Below are positions 9,570 through 18,000 of a stretch of 41,494 nt of DNA, one piece after another (position 1 is the stretch's first letter; every line of letters begins with the position of its first letter). A program made the position numbers and the translations under genes. The stretch is from a bacterium (GTDB lineage: Bacteria; Hydrothermota; Tepidihabitantia; Tepidihabitantales; Tepidihabitantaceae), in NCBI GenBank assembly GCA_046485245.1, contig JAWOHG010000224.1, forward strand, positions 1 to 41,494, given 5' to 3'. The notes beneath the pieces were generated by a model. That model saw only the letters and a program-made list of their open reading frames with translations, was not told the DNA's origin and did not search any database.

Positions 9570-9597
9570 ATTCTCAACCTCACCCGGCCCGGGTCAA
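9570..9597 (-). promoter_or_regulatory. sigma70-like promoter of the lipoprotein/PEP-utilising/PlsY-like operon
   Basis: Minus strand reads TTGACC-16 nt (cgggccgggtgaggtt)-GAGAAT, about 65 nt upstream of the ATG at 9503. Confidence 0.45.
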
Positions 9598-9613
9598 GGC
9601 AGCGGCGCCAGGG

Positions 9614-10186
9614 TCAGCGTGGTTGCGGCGTGAAAAACAGCGCGGCCGAGTTCAGGCAGTAGCGCCGGCCGGTCGGCGCCGGCCCATCTTCAAACACGTG
9701 CCCGAGGTGCGCCTCGCACCGCGTGCAGAGAATCTCGGTACGCACCATCCCGAAACCCCGGTCCTCGCGCTCGGTGATGTTCTCCTCGGCGAACGGCCGG
9801 TCAAAGCTGGGCCAGCCCGTCCCGGACTCGAACTTCGCGCCCGAGGAAAACAACGGCAGGCTGCAGCAGATGCAGGAATAGATTCCCGGCTCCTTGCTGT
9901 CCAAAAGCAGCCCGCAGAAGGCCGGCTCGGTCCCCTTGCCCCGGGCGATGCGGTACTGCTCGGGCGTCAGGAGCTGCCGCCACACCGAGTCGGGCTTCAC
10001 GACCAACGCCACGGTCTCGGGCGCGGCCGGCCTGCCGTCCGGCCCGGCCAGCCGCACCACCACCCCGGGCCCGGCCGGCCCGCTGCCGGAGGAATTCTCT
10101 GTCATCTGCGTCCTTTCCGTGACCTGTGCCCGGCTGCCGCACGCCAGTACCAGGACAACCGCGCACATCGCGGTGGCAGTTCTCAT
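9614..10186 (-). CDS. msrB: peptide-methionine (R)-S-oxide reductase MsrB with N-terminal signal peptide/lipobox
   Basis: Zn CxxC pairs (CICC, CTRC), GTGWPSF, HLGHVFEDGP, catalytic RYCLNS. The N-terminus MRTATAMCAVVLVLACG is signal/lipobox-like. Confidence 0.9.
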   Translation of the reverse strand: MRTATAMCAVVLVLACGSRAQVTERTQMTENSSGSGPAGPGVVVRLAGPDGRPAAPETVALVVKPDSVWRQLLTPEQYRIARGKGTEPAFCGLLLDSKEPGIYSCICCSLPLFSSGAKFESGTGWPSFDRPFAEENITEREDRGFGMVRTEILCTRCEAHLGHVFEDGPAPTGRRYCLNSAALFFTPQPR

Positions 10187-10192
10187 CCAGCC

Positions 10193-10221
10193 AAGATAGA
10201 ACGCCCGGCCCCAGACGTCAA
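10193..10221 (-). promoter_or_regulatory. sigma70-like promoter abutting the msrB start (leaderless candidate)
   Basis: Minus strand reads TTGACG-17 nt-TATCTT-ggctgg-ATG, with the ATG at 10186-10184. Confidence 0.5.
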
Positions 10222-10235
10222 GCCGCCGCTCCCGC

Positions 10236-10520
10236 TCAATCGCGCGGCCGGCCGGCGGGCGCGTCGATCGAGAGCGCCGGGCCGGACTCCAGCGGCGCGA
10301 GCACGGACGCGACGAGACAGACGAGCAGCACGAGCATCAGTACTTCTCCCTGCGCACCGGCCGACGGGCAAGCGAGGGGCCCCGGGCCTGGGGCGGCCGC
10401 TGCTCGCGGAATCGCGCCGTGGTTCTGGCCCGGTTGCGCACCGCTGCTCTCCCCGCGCGTCCTGCCGGCCTGCTCTGCGGCCTTGACATCCGGCTTCTGA
10501 CTTGCCTTCGCCCGTCTCAT
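10236..10520 (-). CDS. possible small tail-anchored membrane protein (94 aa), uncertain
   Basis: ATG at 10520. GC3 is high over this segment only. One C-terminal hydrophobic helix (MLVLLVCLVASVLAPL). No convincing SD and no homology recognised. Confidence 0.25.
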   Translation of the reverse strand: MRRAKASQKPDVKAAEQAGRTRGESSGAQPGQNHGAIPRAAAAPGPGPLACPSAGAQGEVLMLVLLVCLVASVLAPLESGPALSIDAPAGRPRD

Positions 10521-10791
10521 TGCCGCAGCTTGTCCCGGGCTTGATCTCGTCACTCGTCGTTCGAGTTTCGGGTTTCTCCTCTGTTCTTGCAGTCGCGGTC
10601 GAAGCCGCCGGGTGAGTGGTCCCCCGGACTGTCCCAAATCGGGCCGCTTCCGCAACATCAACTCTCCCCGCGCCCGCAAGTGCCCGACATTCCTTCTCCT
10701 ACCCGCTGCCTCCTGTCTCCTGTCTGTCCTGGCCTCACGAATCTCGTCACAAACCCGCCCCGACGTGGCTCCAATGTGACGCGCATGACCG

Positions 10792-10829
10792 CACACAAAA
10801 GCCGGGGCGGCGCACGAAGCGCCGCCCCG
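10792..10829 (-). terminator. rho-independent terminator of the small lipoprotein gene
   Basis: 11-bp perfect stem cggggcggcgc/gcgccgccccg (10803-10813/10819-10829), followed on the minus strand by CTTTTGTGTG. Confidence 0.65.
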
Positions 10830-10845
10830 CTGGTACTGGTCTGTG

Positions 10846-11037
10846 TTACGGCTCGCGGTCGTCGCCCGAGGCGTTGTCGTCGGTCGCCACGGCCTTGATG
10901 GATACGGTGCCAGACGCGCGCGTCGCGCCGTTGGCCGGCATCACGATGGCGACGTCCGGGTCGGTGGTGTCGCCCGCGTCGCAGGCGACAAAGAGCGCCA
11001 GCGCCGCACAGGCGATCAGCCATAGGTTGCGTGTCAT
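10846..11037 (-). CDS. small lipoprotein with a partial Ig-like segment (63 aa)
   Basis: GGAGGA sits 6-7 nt upstream of the ATG. Lipobox LFVAC. Very strong GC3 bias. VAIVMPANGATRASGTVSIKAVATDDNASG resembles bacterial Ig-like domain starts. Confidence 0.65.
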   Translation of the reverse strand: MTRNLWLIACAALALFVACDAGDTTDPDVAIVMPANGATRASGTVSIKAVATDDNASGDDREP

Positions 11038-11190
11038 TGCAGGTCCTCCTCAAGTTGTGTTTTCCCGTCCAATCCGGACGGATTGCACTTGCGCCGCGAC
11101 GGCTCATCGTCACGGCCGGTAGTGATAGCGACCGCCCGGGTTTTGTCCATAGGCCGCCTGTCACGCGGCGCTGGCGCTCGACCCGCGCGA

Positions 11191-11199
11191 TGCTATAAT
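11191..11199 (+). promoter_or_regulatory. extended -10 element (TGcTATAAT) upstream of the BNR-repeat gene
   Basis: Exact TATAAT preceded by TGn. It lies about 95 nt upstream of the start at 11293. The -35 is weak. Confidence 0.45.
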
Positions 11200-11292
11200 G
11201 CGGCACGCGCACGGCAGGGTCGAGCCGGGTGCGCGTACGGATTACGACACGCAACCGGCGGCCGGGACAGACCCGGGCCACGAAATGGAGGA

Positions 11293-12483
11293 ATGGTGAG
11301 ACACGTGAACGTCCGCATCGCACTGGCCGTGCTCGTCCTCGTCACGGCCTCATCCGCGCAGAGCTGGATTCCCCAGCGCAGCAACACGACCCAGAACCTC
11401 GAGGCGGTCTGGTTTGTCGAACCGAACCGCGGCTTCGCGCTCGGCGCCAACGGCACCGCGCTCAAGACCGAAGACGGCGGCAATACCTGGACCGCGCTGT
11501 CCCTGGGCACCAATGACCTCTACGACATCGCGTTCGAGGGGCCCATCAACGGCCTGGTTGTCGGCGACGACGGCACGGCCTACAAGTCGCCCGACGGCGG
11601 CAACACCTGGGACGAGGCCGAGACGGGCGTGACCGGCAACCTGCGGGGCTGCGCCTGCGGTATGGGCGGCCGGATGTACGCGGCCGGCGATGACGGGGTC
11701 ATCATCCGGTCGATGGACGGCGGCAACACCTGGGAAGTGGCGGACAGCGGCTCGACGCGCTTCGAGGGGATGGCCGCGATGATGGAAATGAACGCGTGGG
11801 CCGTCGGCCGGGGCGGCGTCATCCGCGCGACGATGGACGGCGGGATGGACTGGCAGAACCAGGCCAGCGGGACCACCAACGACCTCAAGGCGATCCAGTT
11901 CTTCAGCCCCACCGAGGGCTACGTCGTGGGCCAGAGCAACACCATCATCTACACCGCCAACGGCGGCCAGGTCTGGGAGAACCGCAACACCGGCGCCAAC
12001 GGCAGCTTCGAGGGCGTGCACTTCCCGGTGCCCAACGAGGGCTGGGTGGTCGGCGACGCCGGCGCCATCTTCCACACGATTGACATGGGCAGCACCTGGT
12101 CGCGCGAGTCATCGGGCGTCACGGTCGGGCTCAATGACGTGTACTTCTTCGACCCGACCAACGGCTGGGCCGTGGGCGACGGCGGCACCATCCTGAAGTA
12201 CGAGGTCGGCGGCATCGCCGAGCGCCGGTCCGCGCCCGTGGCGCGCCTTGAAGCGTATCCCAACCCGATGACCCGCTCGGGCGTGCTGCGGGTCGGCGGG
12301 GTCGGCCCGGTTCGCGCCTCGGTCGTGTCGTCGGACGGCCGCGTCGTGCGCGAGCTCGGCACCGGCACCGCTTTCCGCTGGGACGCGCGCGACGGCGCCG
12401 GCCGCCGCGTCGCCCCGGGCGTGTACTACTACGTCGCGAGCGGCACCGGCCGCTGGACCGCGCCGGTCGTGGTCGGCCGGTAG
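11293..12483 (+). CDS. BNR/Ycf48-like beta-propeller protein with T9SS C-terminal sorting domain
   Basis: Six SxDxGxTW-type repeats (TEDGGNTW, SPDGGNTW, SMDGGNTW, TMDGGMDW, TANGGQVW, TIDMGSTW). Signal peptide VRIALAVLVLVTASSAQS. CTD ends ...APGVYYYVASGTGRWTAPVVVGR. The start is ambiguous (ATG 11293, GTG 11296 or 11305); the longer track ORF from 11083 is unlikely. Confidence 0.85.
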   Translation: MVRHVNVRIALAVLVLVTASSAQSWIPQRSNTTQNLEAVWFVEPNRGFALGANGTALKTEDGGNTWTALSLGTNDLYDIAFEGPINGLVVGDDGTAYKSPDGGNTWDEAETGVTGNLRGCACGMGGRMYAAGDDGVIIRSMDGGNTWEVADSGSTRFEGMAAMMEMNAWAVGRGGVIRATMDGGMDWQNQASGTTNDLKAIQFFSPTEGYVVGQSNTIIYTANGGQVWENRNTGANGSFEGVHFPVPNEGWVVGDAGAIFHTIDMGSTWSRESSGVTVGLNDVYFFDPTNGWAVGDGGTILKYEVGGIAERRSAPVARLEAYPNPMTRSGVLRVGGVGPVRASVVSSDGRVVRELGTGTAFRWDARDGAGRRVAPGVYYYVASGTGRWTAPVVVGR

Positions 12484-12508
12484 CCGCCGAACAGGTCCGA
12501 TAGGTCCC

Positions 12509-14167
12509 ATGGGCCCCACGGGCCGCGCGGGGAGCGAGGGCCAAGGCCGCGGCCGTCGGCCGTCAGCCGCGGGTCTCGCGCTGCTTCTCGCCGTGCTGGC
12601 CCTCGGCCTTGCCCTGCGCCTGGTCGGCATCGACTGGGGCGTGCCGCGCGCGCCGCACTTCCGCAACTGGTTCCAGGACGAGCGGTTCACGCTCGGCCTG
12701 GTCCTGCGGATGGACCCCTCGCGGCTCGACCTCGACCCACGCTACTACATAAACCCGGGCCTGCACTACTACTCGCTGCTGAAAGTCATCGGCGCGGCGA
12801 GCATCCTCGGGCTGGACTTGGGACTGCCCGTGGCCGACGACAACCCGTTCAAACCGTCCGGCCTGTCGGCCGAAACCTACCGGGCGCTGTTCTCTGTCGG
12901 CCGGGGACTGTCCGTGCTGCTGGGCGCGGCATCCTTGCTGCTCCTGTTTCTCATCGGCCGGCGCCTGTACGACGAACGGGCCGGGCTGTGGGCCGCGCTG
13001 CTCGGCGCGGTCGCATGGCCACTGGTGTACGAATCGCACTTCCTCGTGGTCGACGGGCCGGCAGTTTTCTGGCTGCTCCTGGGGTTCTGGGCCGTCCTGT
13101 GGCTCGACGCGGCGCCGGACGGACGGAGGCGCTTGAGCGCGCCGGTCCTGGTCGGCCTCGCCATTGGCGCCAAGTACCTCAACGTACTGCTCGTCCTCCC
13201 CCTTGCTCTCGTGCTCTGGCGGGCCGGCCGCCGCGGGTTCGCCGCCGCGCTCGCCCGCACTGCCGCCGTCGCCTCGGCCGCTTTCCTGCTCTCCAACCCG
13301 TACTCCCTGCTTTCCCTGCCGCGCTTCCTGTCTGGCGACGCGCAGGGCTTCGGCGGCATCTTCGGCGCGCGCGGCCTGTTCTATTACAACAGTTACCCGC
13401 CGAGCCTCGTCACGCCGCTTTGGTCCACCGCATCGACGCTGGGCATCCTCGGCTCATCCGCGCTGGTCATCGCGCTGGCCGTGCTGCTGTTCCGCCGTAG
13501 CCGGGCCGACCGACTCCTGCTCCTGTTCATCCTGCCATTCTACCTGCTGCTGTTCCTGCGCGCCTCGCCGATGATGCGCCACTTCCTGCCGCTCGTACCC
13601 TTCCTCTGTCTCGCCCTGGCCGGCGCGCTCCGGCAGCGCGACCTGTGCGGCCTGCGCGTCGGGCCGGCCGGGCCGGTCCTGCTCGGGTTAGTCGCCGCCG
13701 GTGTGCTCGCGCTGTCAGCTTCGGGCGTCGCGCGGATGGCCCGGCCCGACACCCGCGAGCAGGCCGCGGCGTGGCTCGACGCGAACGCCGGGCGCGAGCT
13801 CATCCTCCTGCCGACGTGGTTCCCGTTCCGCTACACGCCGGCAATCGACTCGCTCAACGTCGTCGCGGCCAACTATAACCCGGTCGCGCTCGCCGACCTG
13901 CAGCCTCGCTACGTGATGATGGTCGAGCCCGAATACCGGGTTTGGGACCGCCGCGACCCGCAGGCCGCGCAGAAGACCGGGTTCCGCGCCGCGGTCGAGC
14001 GCGACCCGGCTTACCGGCTGCTGCGCCGGTTCCGCGACCCGTTCAAGTTGTTCGGGTTGGACCTCGCGCCGCGCTTCCCGGCCGAGGACTGGGACTTCAC
14101 GAGCCCTGAGATACTGCTGTATCGGCGCGCGGTCCCGGCAGCAGTTCCATCACCAGCCGGGCGCTAG
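12509..14167 (+). CDS. polytopic membrane glycosyltransferase, GT39/ArnT/PMT-like
   Basis: About 12 predicted TM segments, an early loop with a DE motif (FQDERF), YYINPGLHYYSL, and a soluble C-terminal domain. The family call rests on overall architecture. Confidence 0.65.
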   Translation: MGPTGRAGSEGQGRGRRPSAAGLALLLAVLALGLALRLVGIDWGVPRAPHFRNWFQDERFTLGLVLRMDPSRLDLDPRYYINPGLHYYSLLKVIGAASILGLDLGLPVADDNPFKPSGLSAETYRALFSVGRGLSVLLGAASLLLLFLIGRRLYDERAGLWAALLGAVAWPLVYESHFLVVDGPAVFWLLLGFWAVLWLDAAPDGRRRLSAPVLVGLAIGAKYLNVLLVLPLALVLWRAGRRGFAAALARTAAVASAAFLLSNPYSLLSLPRFLSGDAQGFGGIFGARGLFYYNSYPPSLVTPLWSTASTLGILGSSALVIALAVLLFRRSRADRLLLLFILPFYLLLFLRASPMMRHFLPLVPFLCLALAGALRQRDLCGLRVGPAGPVLLGLVAAGVLALSASGVARMARPDTREQAAAWLDANAGRELILLPTWFPFRYTPAIDSLNVVAANYNPVALADLQPRYVMMVEPEYRVWDRRDPQAAQKTGFRAAVERDPAYRLLRRFRDPFKLFGLDLAPRFPAEDWDFTSPEILLYRRAVPAAVPSPAGR

Positions 14168-14888
14168 GGTCGAGGTAGCGCACCATCCGGCGCGTACCCG
14201 CCGGCTCGTACCACAAGTCGATATCGCGGCCGAGCACGGTCATCCGCACCCGGCGGCAGAGGAAATCGCCCGCCGGCACCACCGCACGCTCGTCGGGCAG
14301 GGATTGGACCCGCACCGGTATGGCAATCGTCGCCATCCCGCTCAGCGCCTGCAGCGCGATTGTCGTATCCGGCGGCACCTCGAGCACGCGCAGCAGCGTG
14401 GTGAGTTGGTCGTTGTCAAAGGTGCGGCGGTCGACGCGCAGGCTGACGCGCAGGGTCTCCTCCGGCTTCTCGACCAGCATCGCGGCGCGGCCCCCGGCCC
14501 AGGTCACGCTCGCGCGGGCCGTGCCGCTCGGGGCAGACACGGTGCGGCGGGAGCGCAGCGGCGCGAGCCGGTCCCGCCGCGCCAGCACCACTGCCGAGTC
14601 GCTGACCAGGCCGGCGGGCGTCTGCAGGACGGTCAGCGCCGCGATTTCCAGCGCCGCGTGCCCGAGCGTGTCGAGCGACCGGACCGCGACCGAGTAGACC
14701 CCGGCCGGTGATGAGTCTATCGCCAGGGTGTAGACGCACTTCTCGGCTGCGGGCCAGTCCAGCGCGGCGACCTCAGGCGAAGGCGCCGTGCGGCAGGCGA
14801 GCGCGAAAAGGAGAGTGCAGAGTGCTAAATGCAAAACGATGAATGGAGAAGGCAGGCGGCAGAACCGGGGACGGTGAAGGCAACGCAT
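14097..14888 (-). CDS. DUF3108-like lipoprotein (paralog of 20345-21097)
   Basis: Lipobox LFALAC. Shares RTFDNDQL, VPAGDFLC..V, WYEPAGTRRMVRY and VMELLP with the other copy. The DUF3108 assignment is tentative. Confidence 0.7.
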   Translation of the reverse strand: MRCLHRPRFCRLPSPFIVLHLALCTLLFALACRTAPSPEVAALDWPAAEKCVYTLAIDSSPAGVYSVAVRSLDTLGHAALEIAALTVLQTPAGLVSDSAVVLARRDRLAPLRSRRTVSAPSGTARASVTWAGGRAAMLVEKPEETLRVSLRVDRRTFDNDQLTTLLRVLEVPPDTTIALQALSGMATIAIPVRVQSLPDERAVVPAGDFLCRRVRMTVLGRDIDLWYEPAGTRRMVRYLDPSARLVMELLPGPRADTAVSQGS

Positions 14889-14986
14889 TGCCGAGCATAG
14901 CGCACAAGCGCCGCATCGACAAGCGCCGGCAGCACATAGGTCCTGTTGGTCCCATCCGTCTCATTCCCCCTTCCGGCCTTCTGCTC

Positions 14987-15014
14987 TTGACGCGGGCCGG
15001 GTGCGGCCGATAAT
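14987..15014 (+). promoter_or_regulatory. sigma70-like promoter of the C25 peptidase gene
   Basis: TTGACG-16 nt (cgggccgggtgcggcc)-GATAAT, about 44 nt upstream of the GTG at 15058. Confidence 0.55.
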
Positions 15015-15057
15015 CGGCGGTTCGCACTTCTGCAATCCGTCACCACAGGAGGTTCTA

Positions 15058-18000
15058 GTGAGAAGTCTGGCAGCAGTCGCCGTGTTGTTCAGCCTCGCGC
15101 TGGGCGCATCGGTCAGCACCGACCTCGTCGTAACGCCGTCGGCCGTGAGCCTGGCCGAGACCGACGGCTACGCCGTACTGGACCTGTCTTCGCTCCCGGG
15201 CGGCACCGCGCTGGCGTACCAGTCCGCGCCGGGCGAGCCACTCCTGCCCTGGCTGTCGGTGAACGTGGTCATACCCACAGGCGCCGCGGTCGAGGGCATC
15301 ACGGTCGTGCCGCTCGAGCGCCGCGAACTGGGCAGCTACAACCTGCACCCGGCCCAGCCGATGCGGCCGCTGTCGCAGCTTTCGGGCGCGCCGTTCGTCG
15401 CACCCAACCCGGCAGCCTATGCAAGCGACGAAATATTCCCGGCCGGACCGCTCGTCATAGCGCCGGCCGGCAACAAGTCGGGCTGGCGCATCGCCGGCCT
15501 GCTCTGGTGCCCGTTCGAGTATCGGCCGCAGTCGGGCCGGCTCACGGTAATCACGCGCGCCCGGGTCGAAGTGCGGTACAAGCCGGGCGCGGTGCCGGTC
15601 GACGCGCTCTCCGAGTCCCAGCGCGACTTCTTCGCCTCCGACGTGGCGACGCTGGTGGCCAACCCCGAGGACGTCAAGCGGATGGCCCCGGTCGCGGTCG
15701 CGCGCGACCTGCCCGACCTCGACGTGGTGATTTTCACCGACGCGACCTTGGCCCCGGCGCTTGGGGGCCTGCGGACCTGGCTGCAGCGCAAGGGCTACTT
15801 CACCGAGATAGTGCGCCACGACACGCTCACCGGGTCGGGCCGCGACGCGCCCGAGAAGATGCGCAACCTCGTGAGGAGCCTGTATGCCGAGCGCGGACTG
15901 AAGTACGTCATCCTTGGCGGCGACTACCAGTCCTGCCCGGTGCGCTACGGCTACCTGCCCTACTCGACCTACAACGTACCCGCCGACATGTATTTCGGCG
16001 ACATTGACGGCTCCTGGGACGCGAACAACAACAACCGGTTCGGGGAGATGGCCGGCGACTCGGTGGACCTGTTCCAGGACCTCTACGTCGGGCGGCTGCC
16101 CCTGGACAACGCGGCCCACGCCGATAACTTCCTGAAGAAGGACACGCTCTACGAACTGCACCCCGACACCGCCTACCTCGACAACATACTCCTGCCGTCG
16201 GAGTGGCTCTGGCAGAACATCGACTACTCCGGCCGCATCGTCAACACCAACATCGCCCGCCTGCTCTCGGGGATGAGCACGTGGCAGGTCGAGTCGGCGC
16301 TGGGGATGAACTCGGCGACCGTGATTGCCGGGCTCAACGTCGGGCGTCAGCACCTCCATTTTGCGGGCCACGGCTCGCGCACCGCGTTCGGCTCGACCTT
16401 CTCGACCTCGAACCTTGCCAGCTTGAACAACGTCGCCAAGCCGACCATCGCGGTCACGATGGCGTGCGACTGCGGCTGGTTTGACGACGCCAACGACTGC
16501 CTCGGCGAGCAGTTCATCAACGTCACTAACGGCGGCGCGGTCGCGACCCTGTTCAATGCCCGCTACGGCTGGGGCGCGCCGCCCTGCCAGGGTCCGAACG
16601 AGAACCTCAACTGCGAGTTCTACCGCAACTACGCCCGCGGGTTCACGCTCGGCCAGTCCCACGGTTTGGCGCGCGATTTCCTGCGCAACGAGTCGTTCTC
16701 ACAGATGAGCACTCGCTGGGCCCTGTACACCAACACCCTGCAGGGCGACCCGACGATGCGGATGTGGCGCACCAGGCCGAGCACGCTCGCGGTCGTCGCG
16801 CCCGACACCATCGCGGCTTCGCCCCAGGTGCTCTCCGTCACGGTCGACTGCGGCGACGAACGGGCCGTCGGCGCGCGCGTCGCACTCACTCACCTCGGGC
16901 AGTTGCTCGGCCGCGGCGTCACCGACTCGCGCGGCATCGCCGAATTCCCCATCACCGCGCCGAACGACTCCTGGACGATGGAACTGGCCGTCACCGCGCA
17001 GGACGCGCAGTTCTGGACCCAGACCGTGTACGCCGCGGGTGCCTGCCCGGGCCCGCTGGTCGTGCTCGACCACGCTTGGGTCGACGACCCCAACGGCCGG
17101 CTCGACCCGCTTGAGGAATCCGACATCTACTTCACCGTACGCAACCTCGGCGCCGCGCCCTCCGACAGCGCCACCGGCTATCTCTCGACGCTCTCGCCCT
17201 GGGTCACGATTATCGACTCCGTGGCCGACTACGGCGCCATCGCCTCGGGCGACACGGCCAAGGGCAGTGCGTTCCGGCTCGCGGTCGCGCGCGACTGCCC
17301 GCACGGCCACCGCGCCGAGATGCTCCTGCGCGTATCTGACGGGACCGGCACCTGGCATTCGCAGGCCGGTCTGACCGTCGGCCTGCCCCACCCCAACGGC
17401 GGCCTCTACGGCGTTTTGGACACCGGCAACTACGTCCTCTCGGTCCCGGGCAACGGCGGCATCGGCACCACCCAGTGGCGCGGCGAGGGCTTCGGCTGGG
17501 TGTACACCAAGAACCGCTCCTGGACCAATTCCTGCCTGATGCACGGCGGCCTCGTCCTCGGCACCGACACCGCATGGGTCGCGGACAACTTCTACGGCGC
17601 ACCGGCCTGGCAGGTCTGCCCGCAGGACTTCGCGGTCGAGGAATCGGTGCGGCAGGTGTACCCGCCCGAGTTCGGCGAAAAGCAGTTCTTTGCCCGGTTC
17701 ACCGACGCCGACCACCCCTCCCCGCGCAGTCTGGCCATCGACCAGCGCGTCTACGGCGGGGCCAGCCTCGCGCACGACGACTTCATCATCTACGAGTGGC
17801 GCATCCACAACGGCGGGACCGACCCGGTCCTGGGCCTGCATGTCGGCGTCGCCTGCGACTTCCGCACGGTCAACTGGAACGCCAACGACCTCAACGACTA
17901 CGCCGGGACCGACTCCGCGCGCACACTCGCCTACATCAAAGCCAGTCCCGAGACCACTGCGCTCGGCATCCGGCCCATCTACCCGCGCGGCGCGGCCGGC

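Noticed and set aside
10236-10796. Full 186-aa minus-strand ORF upstream of msrB
   Set aside because: The 5' two-thirds has poor codon bias and is R/E/G-rich low-complexity sequence. Only the last 94 codons look coding, and these are reported separately at low confidence.
11083-11292. N-terminal 70-aa extension of the BNR-repeat ORF
   Set aside because: The extension is R/G/A-rich and precedes an obvious GGAGGA SD and a signal peptide at 11293. It also contains the TGcTATAAT promoter element.
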